The notes under the pieces are model-generated. The model saw only the letters and a program-made list of their open reading frames with translations, made no database searches and was not told where the DNA came from. The position numbers and the translations under genes were made by a program. This document shows positions 15,433 to 28,398 of a stretch of DNA of 64,000 nucleotides, piece by piece. The DNA lies in NCBI RefSeq assembly GCF_009914755.1, contig NC_060925.1. One strand, given 5' to 3'. The stretch's first letter is position 1, and each line of letters opens with the position of its first letter. The stretch is from the human T2T-CHM13v2.0 reference genome, Homo sapiens.

Positions 15433-18400
15433 AAGCAATACATAAAATAAAAAGAGTAATGTTCCTAAAAACAATTATAATACAACCCTGTCTCTAAAAT
15501 AAATCAATACATAATATAAAAGGGTGATGTTCCTAAAAACAAAAAAATTACTAATGAACATCAAGTATTTCAAAGACTTTAGGGGTTAACAGCACTAGTT
15601 CATTATACCTAAGTTCACTCTACTTTATAGGGAATTTTTCCTAGATGTAATTTTATCAACAGCATCACTCCTATGCTATTCCATCATGAATGCCAGTAAC
15701 CAGTATCATCTGGCAACTACCTCTAAGTGTAATTTCTCTTAAAAAGAGAGAGACAAACAGAAATGTTATAATAATAGCCATTACATCTATTGAACACACT
15801 TCTACCATGTGCCAGCATTGTACTAGATAAAATAATTGTAATTACTCATTATCATTCCTAGAATAGAATATTAGGTGGCTAGTATAAAGGAAACAAGTAC
15901 CCAACCAATATTGCTGATTATTCTAGTTGAGAACTTAAATAAAATAAATGTAATCATCTGTATTAAGTGAACATTTTGATAATTCGGACTGATTAATTAA
16001 TAAATTCTACTCAGGAAAAGCTAACAATGAGGAACAGCATATGTGAAGAACAAAAGTGTCCTAGAAAAGATACATATCCATCAACACCTCACTTAATTAA
16101 CACTCGTGTCATAAAAAAAAAGTGAACAGCTTTAAAACTATACTAATAAAAAGAAAAGCTTAAAGCATAGTACCTGCTGATATGCTCTAGGTACAAATTT
16201 ATTAAACAGACTATTTTCTATGTATATACAAAATCTGAATAAGCTATAAAATTAGTTATTTAGTGATAATTTCTGTATGTTACAAAGTCCAAAATTCAAA
16301 AAGCATCAAAATAGTTATCCATGTACAGACAGCCTTGCATATTTATTTTGTATTAATATTATCTTACATTTATTAAGTAAATTGGTAAATAATTCCCCAA
16401 AATTCCAATTTCCCATTTCAAAGTAGGGGGTGGCCGATTTAACGAATGATATACTAATTCAGTCATTACTAGCAAATTAGTTTACAATGTGGAAGTTATT
16501 TTTACTTCTACAACTCCACTGTAATTTATTCTAGAGTTATGCTGACATCGACTATTACTGTATACACAAACATACAAACCATAATCATTTCAACAACTTA
16601 AAACTAAGCAGACAAAAAACATAGTCTTTCAAATACTATTTACTATAAATGAAAAATAATACATCTTATTAAATTTAAATGTGATCTATAGTCTTAAGGC
16701 ACTTTTATTCCCTTGCTCTAGTGATCATTGGCTTAATCCTCTCTTTCTCTTTCCACTTATTTCCTCCCTCAAGCCATCAGCACCAAAAGCAAGAAAGGCT
16801 GTCAAAGAAAAACAACATATCTGACTTTGAATTGTCAGTTTTCTTATTGTTTTGATACTGCTATGAACAAAACATTAACTGTACCAATATAAAAATAAAA
16901 TGGACTAAAACTAGGAATAAAATGAAATTGATAGAAATGAAGCTGAATACAGCCGGTAAGAATCTTGGCTGACTGTACTTTAAGAGTAATCTATCATCAG
17001 CATAAAGATAAGTAGCATCTAGCTGACACTTTCATTAATATAAATAACGAACACAAATATGTAACAACTTGTGTTATTAATACTGCGTTCCTGTTGCAAA
17101 TAGTCTTTTAAAGATTTAAATAAAAGACAATATTTTTTCAATTATTAAAAATTAAACTTAAAATTACACCATTTAAGGCAAATCTAAATTACCAAATTTA
17201 ACCCCAACAACAATCCCTGTAAATTTCCACCAGAGTCCCAAAAAATAATGTTTAGAACACTGAACTGAGGTCAATTCACAATTTGGAAATATTCTTAGTC
17301 TTAACTGATTTTCACATATTGTTAAGTAATTAAAATAAAATAGGACATTTCCCCAAAATGCAGTTATCAATTCATATGAAGAACATCTGATCTATTTCAA
17401 TTCTTAAATAGACTGGCACTCTTAACCTAAATTCTCAAATAACTTAAAGACAGCAAATACCACTACTCACTACGCAACTCCTGACAGCCTTTTCCATTCT
17501 TAACTTTCTTTTTACTCTTTATCCAGACTTCCATACTAATAAAAATAATACTCAGCCAAATACTTATTTGATATTTGGCTTATATAAAAATATACATAAA
17601 TGAGGTGTTCTTATACATATATAAGAAACAACATCCAAGAAAACATATTTAATGGAAAATATATATAAATTATTCTGATAATACAGCGAAATATCTCATA
17701 ACATAAAACTACTTACCTAAACTCTAATAATCAGAAGGCAATGGAGGATACAGTTTTCTCTTTATCATAAATCATTTAAAATTATATTTACTACTGGTAC
17801 ATAGAGTTCTCCCATAGCTTCGCAGATAGGAAAGAATACTAAATGACAAAAATCACAGACTAGAGTGTCATTAAGGAACCATAACTTAAGAACTCAAGTT
17901 CCAACTCTAAAAGTACCAAAACCCTTTAAGTCTTAAAAAAAAAAATTAACACTACAGAATTTCTCAATTTGTGAAACATGGGATGTAAAACTACATATGC
18001 TTTACAAAATACTTTATTCAACAAATAAAAGACGTATACTCACAAAACCAGTACCAAAGCCAAAATTGTCTCACTCTTAAGTGAGAAGTTACTTGAAAGA
18101 TGGTTTAGATTTCTTACATTCCCAGGATGAGTCTGGCAGTCTGTTTTGAAAAGTTATTCTATTCACATTTACATATTTTTTTAAACCTTATGACATCACA
18201 TTGCTAGAAACCTTCTTATACTGGCAAATTGAATAATTAAAGTTATTACGTGTAGACATTCTTGTATCAGTGGTTTACCTGAGAAACTAACTTTGAATAA
18301 ATTTCAAATCCAAAAAAAAAAAAAAAAAAAGACACAATCAGCACTTGACTTTTACTTCAGGAAAATAAAGTTTTACTTGGGAACAGATATTTTAGCATAA

Positions 18401-19360
18401 GAACTTAGCATAAGAACAAACTAAAATGATTAGTATTCCAAAGGTACAAAATCATATTTGGCCAAAATCCTTCAAAAGCCAACGTACCACTACTACAGAC
18501 AGATCTGGGTGACGATGCGTGCTTATTGCAACAGTGAACTTCTGGACCTTAGAATGTGCCCTGTATGTAACAGCAGACGCTGAAGAACTTGAGCCAAGCC
18601 TTCAAGCTTGAAGGTCATGGAGCGTTTGCTCACATCATTGATCTATTCCACTACAGTAGGTCTTCTAAATCACATCTATATTTAGAAGAATGAAGCCAAA
18701 AACCTAACCAGTTTAGATTTAAATTAACTTTCGAGTAAAATCTAACTCTCAAGTGGAAGCTGCCCCCAAACATTCTCTAACTACTATCACAAGATTTTTA
18801 AACTATGTCATTTAATCTTACAAACATAATTTTTGGAAAGTCCATGTTTAGCAGTTTCCTTTCCTTGTACTATGTAGAGATGAAATAAAACCCACTGATC
18901 ACCACCTTCAGCTTTCTGTTGACCTAAGGCAAACACAGATATTTTAATATCTCCTCCTATTTTGAGAATAATTTCCATAGTCTGAATGTTTCCACCAATA
19001 AATACCTTTCAAATGAAGGACTATTATAGTGCCATGTATTAGGCAACTGTAACCAATAATCCACTTTTGCCCATCACAGAATTGATTTAAAATCTCTTAC
19101 TGTTGACCTAAAAACATAAGTTCTTCATAGCCAAGTTCCACATTAGCTAGGCCTTAAATCAAGGCAACAATTGAGCAGCACAATTCTACTCCTGGGAAAA
19201 TATTTACCAAAAACTAGCGGAAAATCTTGAATAACTAGTGTCTGTTTTTTTATTGTATTTTTTCTTTCAACGGAGTAGAGTTTACTCATAACTCTCTATA
19301 CCAATTAAATCATAATGACCAGCTAAAGATTAACAGTTTCTTTAAAAATTACAAACTTAC

Positions 19361-19538
19361 CCCATTCTAGGTATTCGAGAATGTTCTTCTCTCTTCTCAA
19401 TGGAGAATTATTGCATTCATCATAAAGGCAGATGAGTATATCCAGTAATGTCTCCACACTGAAGCACTGCCCATTGGTCTGAGCGGGCCCGTCCAAAATA
19501 AACTGCTCCAACTGCCTCAAACGCACTTCTCCAGACAT
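19361..19538 (-). CDS. CDC42BPA: CDC42BPA (MRCK-alpha) first coding exon, 178 nt (59 codons + 1 nt, phase 1)
   Basis: Translation [59 protein letters not shown] is the MRCK-alpha N-terminus. The ATG has A at -3 (GCAAACATG) and in-frame TAA TAA about 35 nt upstream. The exon ends at donor TGGG|GTAAGT (GT at 19360-19359). Confidence 0.97.
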
Positions 19539-20860
19539 GTTTGCTTCGATTTCTGCTGGTTTTCCTTTAAATTATTATGATGACTTTTACTATTATCTGA
19601 ACCTAAATTTTAAAAGGTATGGTTTTAAAAATAAACCACTTGTTATTCAAACAACTGTCATGCAATGCTGGTGCTGAATTAAACATCCAACACACCAGTA
19701 ACCTCACTTAACTGAAGCGTCTTCAATTTCACCCATATACATATATTTTGAGGGTAAATTACCATAAAATATATACTTAATGCATTTTTAAAAGAATACA
19801 ATTAAGTCGTATATTTAAATAAAATAATAATTAAAAGTACAACGAACTAGAGAGTCAACACTTCTTTAAAAAAAAAAAAAAAAACTCTTCTCCTTCATTC
19901 AAAATTCAACTCGTGCAACGTAATCCTGAAACGAATCCGGTTGCATCATTAATGAATAAAGTCCGATTTGCATCAGCAATTCACTTCCCGGGAAGAAGAA
20001 AAACAGAAAAGGGAGGAAAAAAACAGAATGCATAGAAGGGGGAGGGAAAACCAAAAATGTTGCTGCAAATCCTCCCAACCACCACTTGGATAATGCATCA
20101 GCGGCAATTTCTCCAGCGGGAAAGGGAGGGGGCGAGGTCCCTGAAGCAGCCCCTCGGCTCGGAGCACGCCAAGTCTTGCCCGGAGGCGGCTTTTCGTTTC
20201 TCCTCCCGAGGTCCTTCTTTCTTTAAGGCTTTGCAGTCAGTCCTATTTTCAACGGATTCCGGTGAAAACTCTTCATTTTCCTCCCGGCTTCACCCTAGGG
20301 CCTGACCGGCGGCGCGGCCGGGGGTGGAAGGCGGGCTGCGGGCGGCACTGGCACCGGGCTCCGGAGAAGCGGCTACTTGGCCGCCCGAGCCCACTCCATG
20401 TCGGTGGTCGCTCGTGGGCCGAGCCGCGCCGCGCCGCGCCGGGCAGAGAGCCCGGTCTCCCCGACACCCGCACCGCGGCCGCCGCGCCGGAGGCTCCCGA
20501 CGCCCCAGGCGGGGGGGTGCTTCTCTGAATTCAAAGGACACAAGCAGCAGCAGCTGCGGCGGCGGCGCGGGCGGCTCTGGCAGCTACTTCTCCCCCTTCT
20601 TCACACCCCTGGGCTAAGGGCATCTTTCCACAGCGAGGAGGGAGGCGGCCGCGGCGCAGGAGGAGGGGTCGCTTCCGCGGCTGAGGAGACTAGAGGCTGC
20701 GGCAGCCCGGCTCCCAACCACTCCCTTCCTCTCCCTTCCAGCCCTCCCCCGCCTTCCCTCTCCTCTCGCGCTCGCGCCCTGGGCTCAGCGAGGCTCCTCC
20801 AGTCCCGCCGCACAGAGGCGGAGGCTTGCGGACGAGTCTGGATCCAATATGGCGGCCTGG
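19539..20860 (-). other. CDC42BPA: Long 5' UTR of CDC42BPA exon 1 (5' end approximate)
   Basis: Repeat-free sequence joins the ATG to the CpG island core. The TSS is inferred just downstream (minus strand) of the GC boxes at 20902-20915. Confidence 0.65.
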
Positions 20861-21450
20861 CCCCCCGGCCCCGGCACACGCGCGCGCACACGCCCTCCAC
20901 TCCCCGCCCCCGCCCTGCCCGAGCCTCAGCCCCAGCCGGCGGCCAAGCCGGGCGGGGTCCGGCCGGCGCGCCCAGCGGAGGCCCCCAAGGGGGCGCGGGC
21001 TCGGGGCCCGAGTGGCTGCGCCAGCCCGAGGGGAGGGGTGTGGACTGCCTAGGCGGCGAGGCTGCGGCTGCCGCAGCGTGGAATGCGGAGCTGCGGGAGG
21101 GCTGAGGGAGGCCCGGGCGGCGGTGGCGGAGCATATGGAGGCGGGATGACCGGGCCGCGCCGGGAGCTGCGGCGGGACTGGGCGCAGGCTGGGAACTGCG
21201 CCACCGCCGCGCCGTGGCCCCGGCTCCCCGAGGCTTCTGGTGCAGATCGCGAAGGGGGGCTCCTGCTCGTCCTCGGAGACATCACCTGTCTGGCGCGTTT
21301 GTTAAGGGCGCCCAGAAGCAGAGGGCTTTAGGCTTCCGACAGAGCTGGAGGAGACGGTGCCTTTCAGCCCCTTACCTGCTCCCCACCGGCCCCCCAGATT
21401 CGGTTCGCGCACACTCCAGAGTAATCGTTTCTTAGGTGTCTAATTACAGC
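20100..21450. promoter_or_regulatory. CpG island / CDC42BPA promoter
   Basis: Very GC- and CpG-rich against an AT-rich background. Contains tandem GC boxes ccccgcccccgccc (~20902-20915) and CCAAT overlapping a YY1-like CAATATGGCGGC (20844-20856). No TATA box seen. Confidence 0.92.
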
Positions 21451-23719
21451 ACTTCGTGTGTCATTTCCCAGGACAAAAACAATGACAGACTTGTCCGAGC
21501 TACCATCGAAGTCTTGGGTCTGCACGCAAAGGATGGAATCCCCCATCTCCATTCCCAAAAGTTTCCCTACGGGAGCCTGGTGTTGTCTCCTCCGGAACTG
21601 TCCTCGCGGCTGCCTGTTTTTCCCTAGCCATGGTTACTGCCTGCGGGGGATTCAGCCTGTGAAGGCAGTCAAGGCAGTTCACCACTGTCATCAAACCTAC
21701 ACCCCTGTGTGCATGCGCACACACACTTGTAACCCAGTGGCACAATGCAGGAATTAGGGAAGCAAAGGCAAATCGCTGAATAGCTAGGGCACCTGATCCC
21801 TGTAGGGCCCTTCCAGGTTTTTGTGAATCTCGGTTTTAGGAGAGCTCCCTTTATAAAATTCTCATGGAAGATGCCACATTTAAATTAACACCACAAAACT
21901 AGGTCATTGCAGTTCTGTTACTTTCTCTCAAAATTGCCATCTCCTTTATGGTCGTTCTCTAAAATACAATTATTTTATATTCCTTCCCCACACCTGTGAG
22001 GCGGTTGTGTTTCTATGTTCATGTCCACAATTGCATCTTACATCTTGATAATATGGAAGCTGAGGAAGAATTAGAAATGAGGGCCTAGACGTAAAATGAA
22101 GGCTAACAGAAGTCGATTCAAGTTGTGATTCATGAAATAGTGTGAATCTTTTATGAAATCTACAACGTCTACACTTGCCTGGCTTAAGAACAGCATTATT
22201 TTCAATGCGGTCTTGACATGAATGATACTTAGATTCAAACAAAAGGTCAGTCATTTCCAGCCATGACATCTTTATATGGGTGTGTGTTGTCTAATTCTAA
22301 AAGTAGTAGAAAAGTTTAATCCTAACACAGATAATAAGCAATATTTTGGTGTTTATTATTCAAGTCTTTTTCCTATGCACTTTAACAAAAATGATACATA
22401 ATAAAAGAGTTTTATAGCCTCTTGCTTGCAATTAGCAATATATTATGGACATTTTTTCAGTTCAACAAACATTCTTCAACAACATGGATTTTAATGGTGA
22501 AGCCAATTTTAACAGTTTCATTTGACCATAAGATGCGGTAGCAAAGAAGGAAGCAATTTCTTCTGCTTTTTCAAGTACGGTTAACTAAAGAAATGGCTCC
22601 AAGATACCTGCTTTTCCAACTTACAAATAACTAGAAAGAAGTTTAAAGGAGAACCTAAAACATGTTAGGTCTCACTAAATGCTAATTGACAATGGAAGTA
22701 TATGAGATGTAGATACTTTTTTTTTTTTTAACAAAAGAGTCAAGCTGTCAGTTCTTTACCTATTCTATTAGCGCTTGGGTACCACCCACAGTCCAGGGTA
22801 TTGATGGTTGCTAAATAACCCTTTCCACATTATTTAGAAAGTAGAGAGCAGAATTTATTTTTATTTTAAAAAACACACACACAAAGAGAAGGAAGGAGCT
22901 TGAACCCAATCAATTTTGCTTGAATAATTCAAGCTCAGAGACTTAATAATTAACTAGACACTAAACACATTGTGCGGGTGTTATTTTAAATGTTCCGGTT
23001 GAAGTGTGAACATGCTTGTTAATGAAACCGGTCTTAAGCCAAAGAAAGGCACAGCCCAGCAGCTGTACAGTGCTTGAAGTGTTCCTGCAAAACAAGAGTG
23101 CCACAGGCTGCCTCGCAGGGTATTCTTTGGGGAAAAATAGTCTGGAGGAGGTCTTCTTTGTGAAATTCTGCTTGGGGGCCTGGAGATTAGATGTATACCA
23201 CTGCAAACACCCAATTTGTTTGAAATAATCAGAGAATGTTTTATGAAGATGCTGGGAATTAATCTGACCATTCAGAAAAGAAAGAGGACAGGAGAAGACA
23301 AGAAGGTAGGAAGGTGGAAAGAAGAAGGCAGGACAGAAATCATTAAGCCTAGTCCCCAATACAAGCTCTCTTCAACTAATCCTCCAATTCAGGGCTAAAA
23401 GCAGGAGAATTAATCCACCAATTAATATTTATAACAGTCAGCCTCACTCTCACCTTGGTATATCTAACTTCAGAATAACTATAGGGTCATTGCTGGAGAA
23501 CGGAGCCAAAAACAAGGTGCGTGCCACAGTAGGGCTTAATGTATAGCAACACTGAGGATGTTTTACCACATCTCCTTTTAGCCTAGCCACATCCTGACCC
23601 TGCAAATGAATGACTTGGCTTAGTACCCTCCCAGGATAAAATGCCAGCAAATGCCTGTCCTGTCTTCATGTCAGGCTCCTGACATGAGTGAGATCAACTG
23701 CAAGGGCTTGTATATAAAA

Positions 23720-23980
23720 AAGAAACTTTCTGATTAATAATTGCTTCCTTTACAGAACACTTAACAACCTGTAAACACTGTCCTGGGTAGTTTGAGCTCA
23801 TGTTTTATTCAATCATCATAACCATATGAAGTAGGGAAATTACCTCTATATCACAGACGATGGAAGAAGCTGAGGCTTAGAGATCTTAACTTGTGAAAGA
23901 TCACACAACTAGTAATTGACACAGGAGCTACAAGTCAACACCAGGCCTGTCTCATGCCAGTGCCCATGGCTTTAATCACA
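23720..23980. mobile_element. MIR
   Basis: Core cacagacgatggaagaagctgaggcttagaga..aacttg..aagatcacacaactagtaa. Confidence 0.75.
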
Positions 23981-24186
23981 AAGCAAGTGAGGTCTAAAAA
24001 ATCTGCAGGTTCTATAAACTCAACTTTTCCTTCCTATTGTAACAAGGAAGAAGTGGGATGTGTTGTTAATTCACATATTTGGGCATTAGAAGTTGATATG
24101 AGGGCAAAAGAAAGAACTACGCACATGATTATATCAGAGTTCAACCAAAAAAGCAGAAATCACCTATTTATTTAAACCAGAGAAAG

Positions 24187-24787
<601 letters not shown>

Positions 24788-25779
24788 AAAACCAGAGAAA
24801 CCTTAATTCTGACACATGGTTCCATGGATGGTGGAAGAGCTGAGGAAATGCAGGGCAAGTCAGGTAACCCAGTTTGGCAGCAGCAGGAAGCTATTCCCAC
24901 CCCTAGGCTGGTGGAAGCTAAAACCAGGGCTGGTGGGAGATGGAGCCACAGAAGAGATGCAAATGCTACAGGGGAGGCTGCCATAGTCAGAGAGAGGGGA
25001 GGAGAATCCTCTTACCACAAATCTCCTGTCATTTGAAGCTAACACGGAGCCTCTGAAAGGGAGGCTGCATGACTGGTCCCCAAAGACAGAGTAGAGCAGG
25101 CAATGGGTAAGAAATGAATGCAAGAGCAAACAGGCAGAATTTGCACACATATAATCAACACAGTTATAGTTTAACCGAAACTATAATAAAATCAATAAAA
25201 CAAATGTTTTATCTCTGAACAACCATTAAGTAGATTTTGACGTGGCATTATTTAAACATAGGAGAAGTTTTTACCTTTTCCTTTTCAAATTTGTTTTTTG
25301 TTTTGTTTTGTTTTGGTTGTTGCTGTTGTTGTTTTGTCCCTCAAGAAGTTAAAAAACAATCCAACCCTCATTAGGGCAGGTTTACTTAGGTATACAGACT
25401 AATAGTTTCCACTTGCTTGTCAATGGATCTTGTCCATCTTGCCCTATCTTTAAATTTATCATTTAAAATCTCTCACTAAAGCTCTACTATAAATGGGACT
25501 TTCCAAAATATGTTTAGAATCAAACATTATAATACAGATATTGTCGGCTATTAGAGCTACTTAGCAAATTTGAACACTGCAAAGATAAGTGGCATTCTTT
25601 CATAAATTCTATCAGCAGAAAACATTTGATAAAGACTGTATTGCAACGTGTGGTGACAAAACCAAACCAATTAAGCCAGTGTGAACCTTCGGTCCTGAGG
25701 TGGGAGTGGAGGTGACACACCCAGGACCTACAGAGGCTGGCAGCCAAGGAGGTGAAAGTTGACGAATTCAGTTACCACA

Positions 25780-26113
25780 CTCTGGAAATTGCTCTGGCCA
25801 AGATTGCCAGTGACTTCCACATTACCAAAGTTAATAGGCAGTCCTCAGTCCGCATCTCATTTGCCGCTTTAACAGTATTTCACAGTGCTGATCACTTCTC
25901 TTAACTAAAACACTTTCCTTCACTTAATTTCCGCACTCTCCTGATTTTCTCCTACCTCACTGGCCACTCTTTCTCAGTCTCCTTCGCTGGATGATCCTTA
26001 TCTTCTTGATCTTCAAATACTGGAGTGGCCCAGGGCTCAGAACTTCACCTCTTTTCTAGCTACACCCATTACCTAGGTGATCTCAATTAGTCTTAAGGCC
26101 AAAAATACTATCT
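25780..26113 (+). mobile_element. L2 fragment
   Basis: gctctggccaagattgccagtgacttccac, tcctcagtcc..atct, ctctcctgattttctcctacctcactggccactc. Confidence 0.8.
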
Positions 26114-26668
26114 ATGATGGTTTGAAAAACTTGTCATAAATTCGACACTCCCATTGAAAGATTGGGTCCATATCCTCTTACCTTGAATCTAGGCCAATCT
26201 TGGTGACTCACTTGTCCTAAATAGAATGTAGCATAAATGACTGCTTACCTTCCTAGGCTGATCCATAAAAGGCAATGCAGTGTCAGCTTGTCCACTGGAA
26301 CACTGTCACTAGAACCCTACATTGCCATGTAAGACATTCAACTAAATTCAACTGTCCTAAGGCTGCCATGCTAGTAGGGAGCCCAAGCTGCATGCAATCA
26401 CCCATTCAGCAGCTCCAGGCAGCATCAGCTGCTGGACATGTGATTGCAGACACCTCCAGATGATTTGAGCCTGCAGCTGTCAATCACCCTAGCCAAGACT
26501 CCTAGTCTTCTCATCTGAGGCCCCAGGCATTGTGGAGCAAAGTTAACCTCTCATCACTGTGTCTTTTCCACATTTCTGATGCATAACATCCATGAACCTG
26601 ATGAAATAATTGCATTAAGCTGCTACATTCTGAGATAATTTGTTATGCAACAGTAGTAAGTAGAACAA
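26114..26668 (+). mobile_element. MLT1 (G/H-like) MaLR LTR
   Basis: ccttgaatctaggc..gtgactcac..aatagaatgtagc; ends ataatttgttatgcaacagtagtaagtagaaca. Confidence 0.8.
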
Positions 26669-26672
26669 TATC

Positions 26673-26982
26673 TTTTTGTTGTTGTTGTTGTTGTTTTAGG
26701 CAGGGTCTCACTCTTCACCGAGTCTGGAGTGCAATGGTACGACCATAGCTAACTGCAGCCTCCACCTCCCAGGTTTAATTGATTCACTCACCTCAGCCTC
26801 CTGAGTAGCTGGGACTACAGGTGCGCACCACCACGCCCAGCTAATGCTTTTTGTTGGGGGTAAGGGTAGAGATGGTTTCGCCATGCTGCCCAGGCTGGTC
26901 TCAGACTCCTGGGCTCAAATATTCCTCCTGCCTCAGCTCCCAAAGTGCTAGGATTACAGGTGTGAGCTACCACGCTTGGCCC
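26673..26982 (-). mobile_element. AluJ (followed by a MIR remnant ~26990-27160)
   Basis: Diverged dimer with a (TTG)n tail. Confidence 0.9.
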
Positions 26983-27941
26983 AAATGGTCTTTACACTCA
27001 TTGAATCCTCTTTAAAATCCTATAGAGGAGAATCTATTATTATTTCCACGGAGAAAAACTGAGAGAGATTAAGTAACTTTTCCAAGTTTACAAAGCTGAT
27101 TATTAGTATCAGGATTCCAGCACAGGTGGGATTCATTCTAAAGCTTGTGTGCTGAAATGCTTTCCTCACCTACCTCATAGCAAGGTAAGAGAAACTAATA
27201 CCAGCTACCTGATTAATATTTAGACTATGCCCTATTGTCTAAAAAAAAGAAGAGAAAACGGAAATGACTTAGCTATAACCTGGAAGCAGAGAAGACATTC
27301 TTTTGCAGAGATTTTTGTCCATTGTTTTCCTTATTAGAGAAGAGCAAACAAGAGAGAACAGTTTTATTAAAATAGGACTTATTTCATGGAGACAAAAAAA
27401 TGAAACTCTTCATTATCAGGATGGTAATGGATGATAACTCTAAATTTAAATACAAAGAGATTGTCAAATTGTAATCTGCAAAGATTTTTTAAATGATTAT
27501 TTCAATTCAGTTCCAACAGCCACCTCTCTTGAATGGTTTGGAACCCACCTGCCAGAAGGTGAAGGGACCAGAACAGATGCGCTCTCCAGGCCTCATTCAG
27601 CAATAAGATTCAGCGCTTCACACCAGTATGGGGGACTAATTAAACTCACAGTTGTATGGTGGAGCCAGCGATTATGTTTTAGAACAGACTGTGACCTCTC
27701 TCTGACCCAGAGGATAGCAAGCATCAGCATTTACAAGCCAAATGAAATAAGGCACTGTCAGCAATGTTCCTTACAGTAAGAAATATAACAATAATAATAA
27801 TAAAAAGCACCAAGACATAAACCCACAAATAGGATGGTATCTGGAGACCCCAGGCATCCATGAGAATAAGGGAAGTGAAAATTCAATAAAATTCAATCTG
27901 AGATCTTAACAGGGGCTTTCCTCAAATAAGAAAGGCCCCCA

Positions 27942-28398
<457 letters not shown>

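Noticed and set aside
18392-18417. 13-bp tandem duplication ttagcataagaac x2
   Set aside because: An ordinary slippage-scale event with no further signal.
18599-18614. Perfect 16-bp palindrome CCTTCAAGCTTGAAGG
   Set aside because: About one 8-bp-arm palindrome is expected by chance in 64 kb.
19323-19360. ORF tail [12 protein letters not shown] after the exon
   Set aside because: Read-through into intron 1 past the GTAAGT donor.
20544-20567. (CAG)n/(CGG)n run in the leader of a DMPK-family gene
   Set aside because: Only 3-4 units each; far too short to suggest an expansion locus.
20057-21435. Long overlapping ORFs in the CpG island (242 aa at 20377-21105 +, 177 aa at 20601-21134 -)
   Set aside because: Pro/Ala/Gly/Arg low-complexity products are expected from stop-poor GC-rich DNA; no recognisable domain.
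21970-23398. Non-repeat ORFs upstream of the promoter (99 aa, 132 aa and others)
   Set aside because: No recognisable homology, several use non-ATG starts, and there is no convincing splice-site framing.
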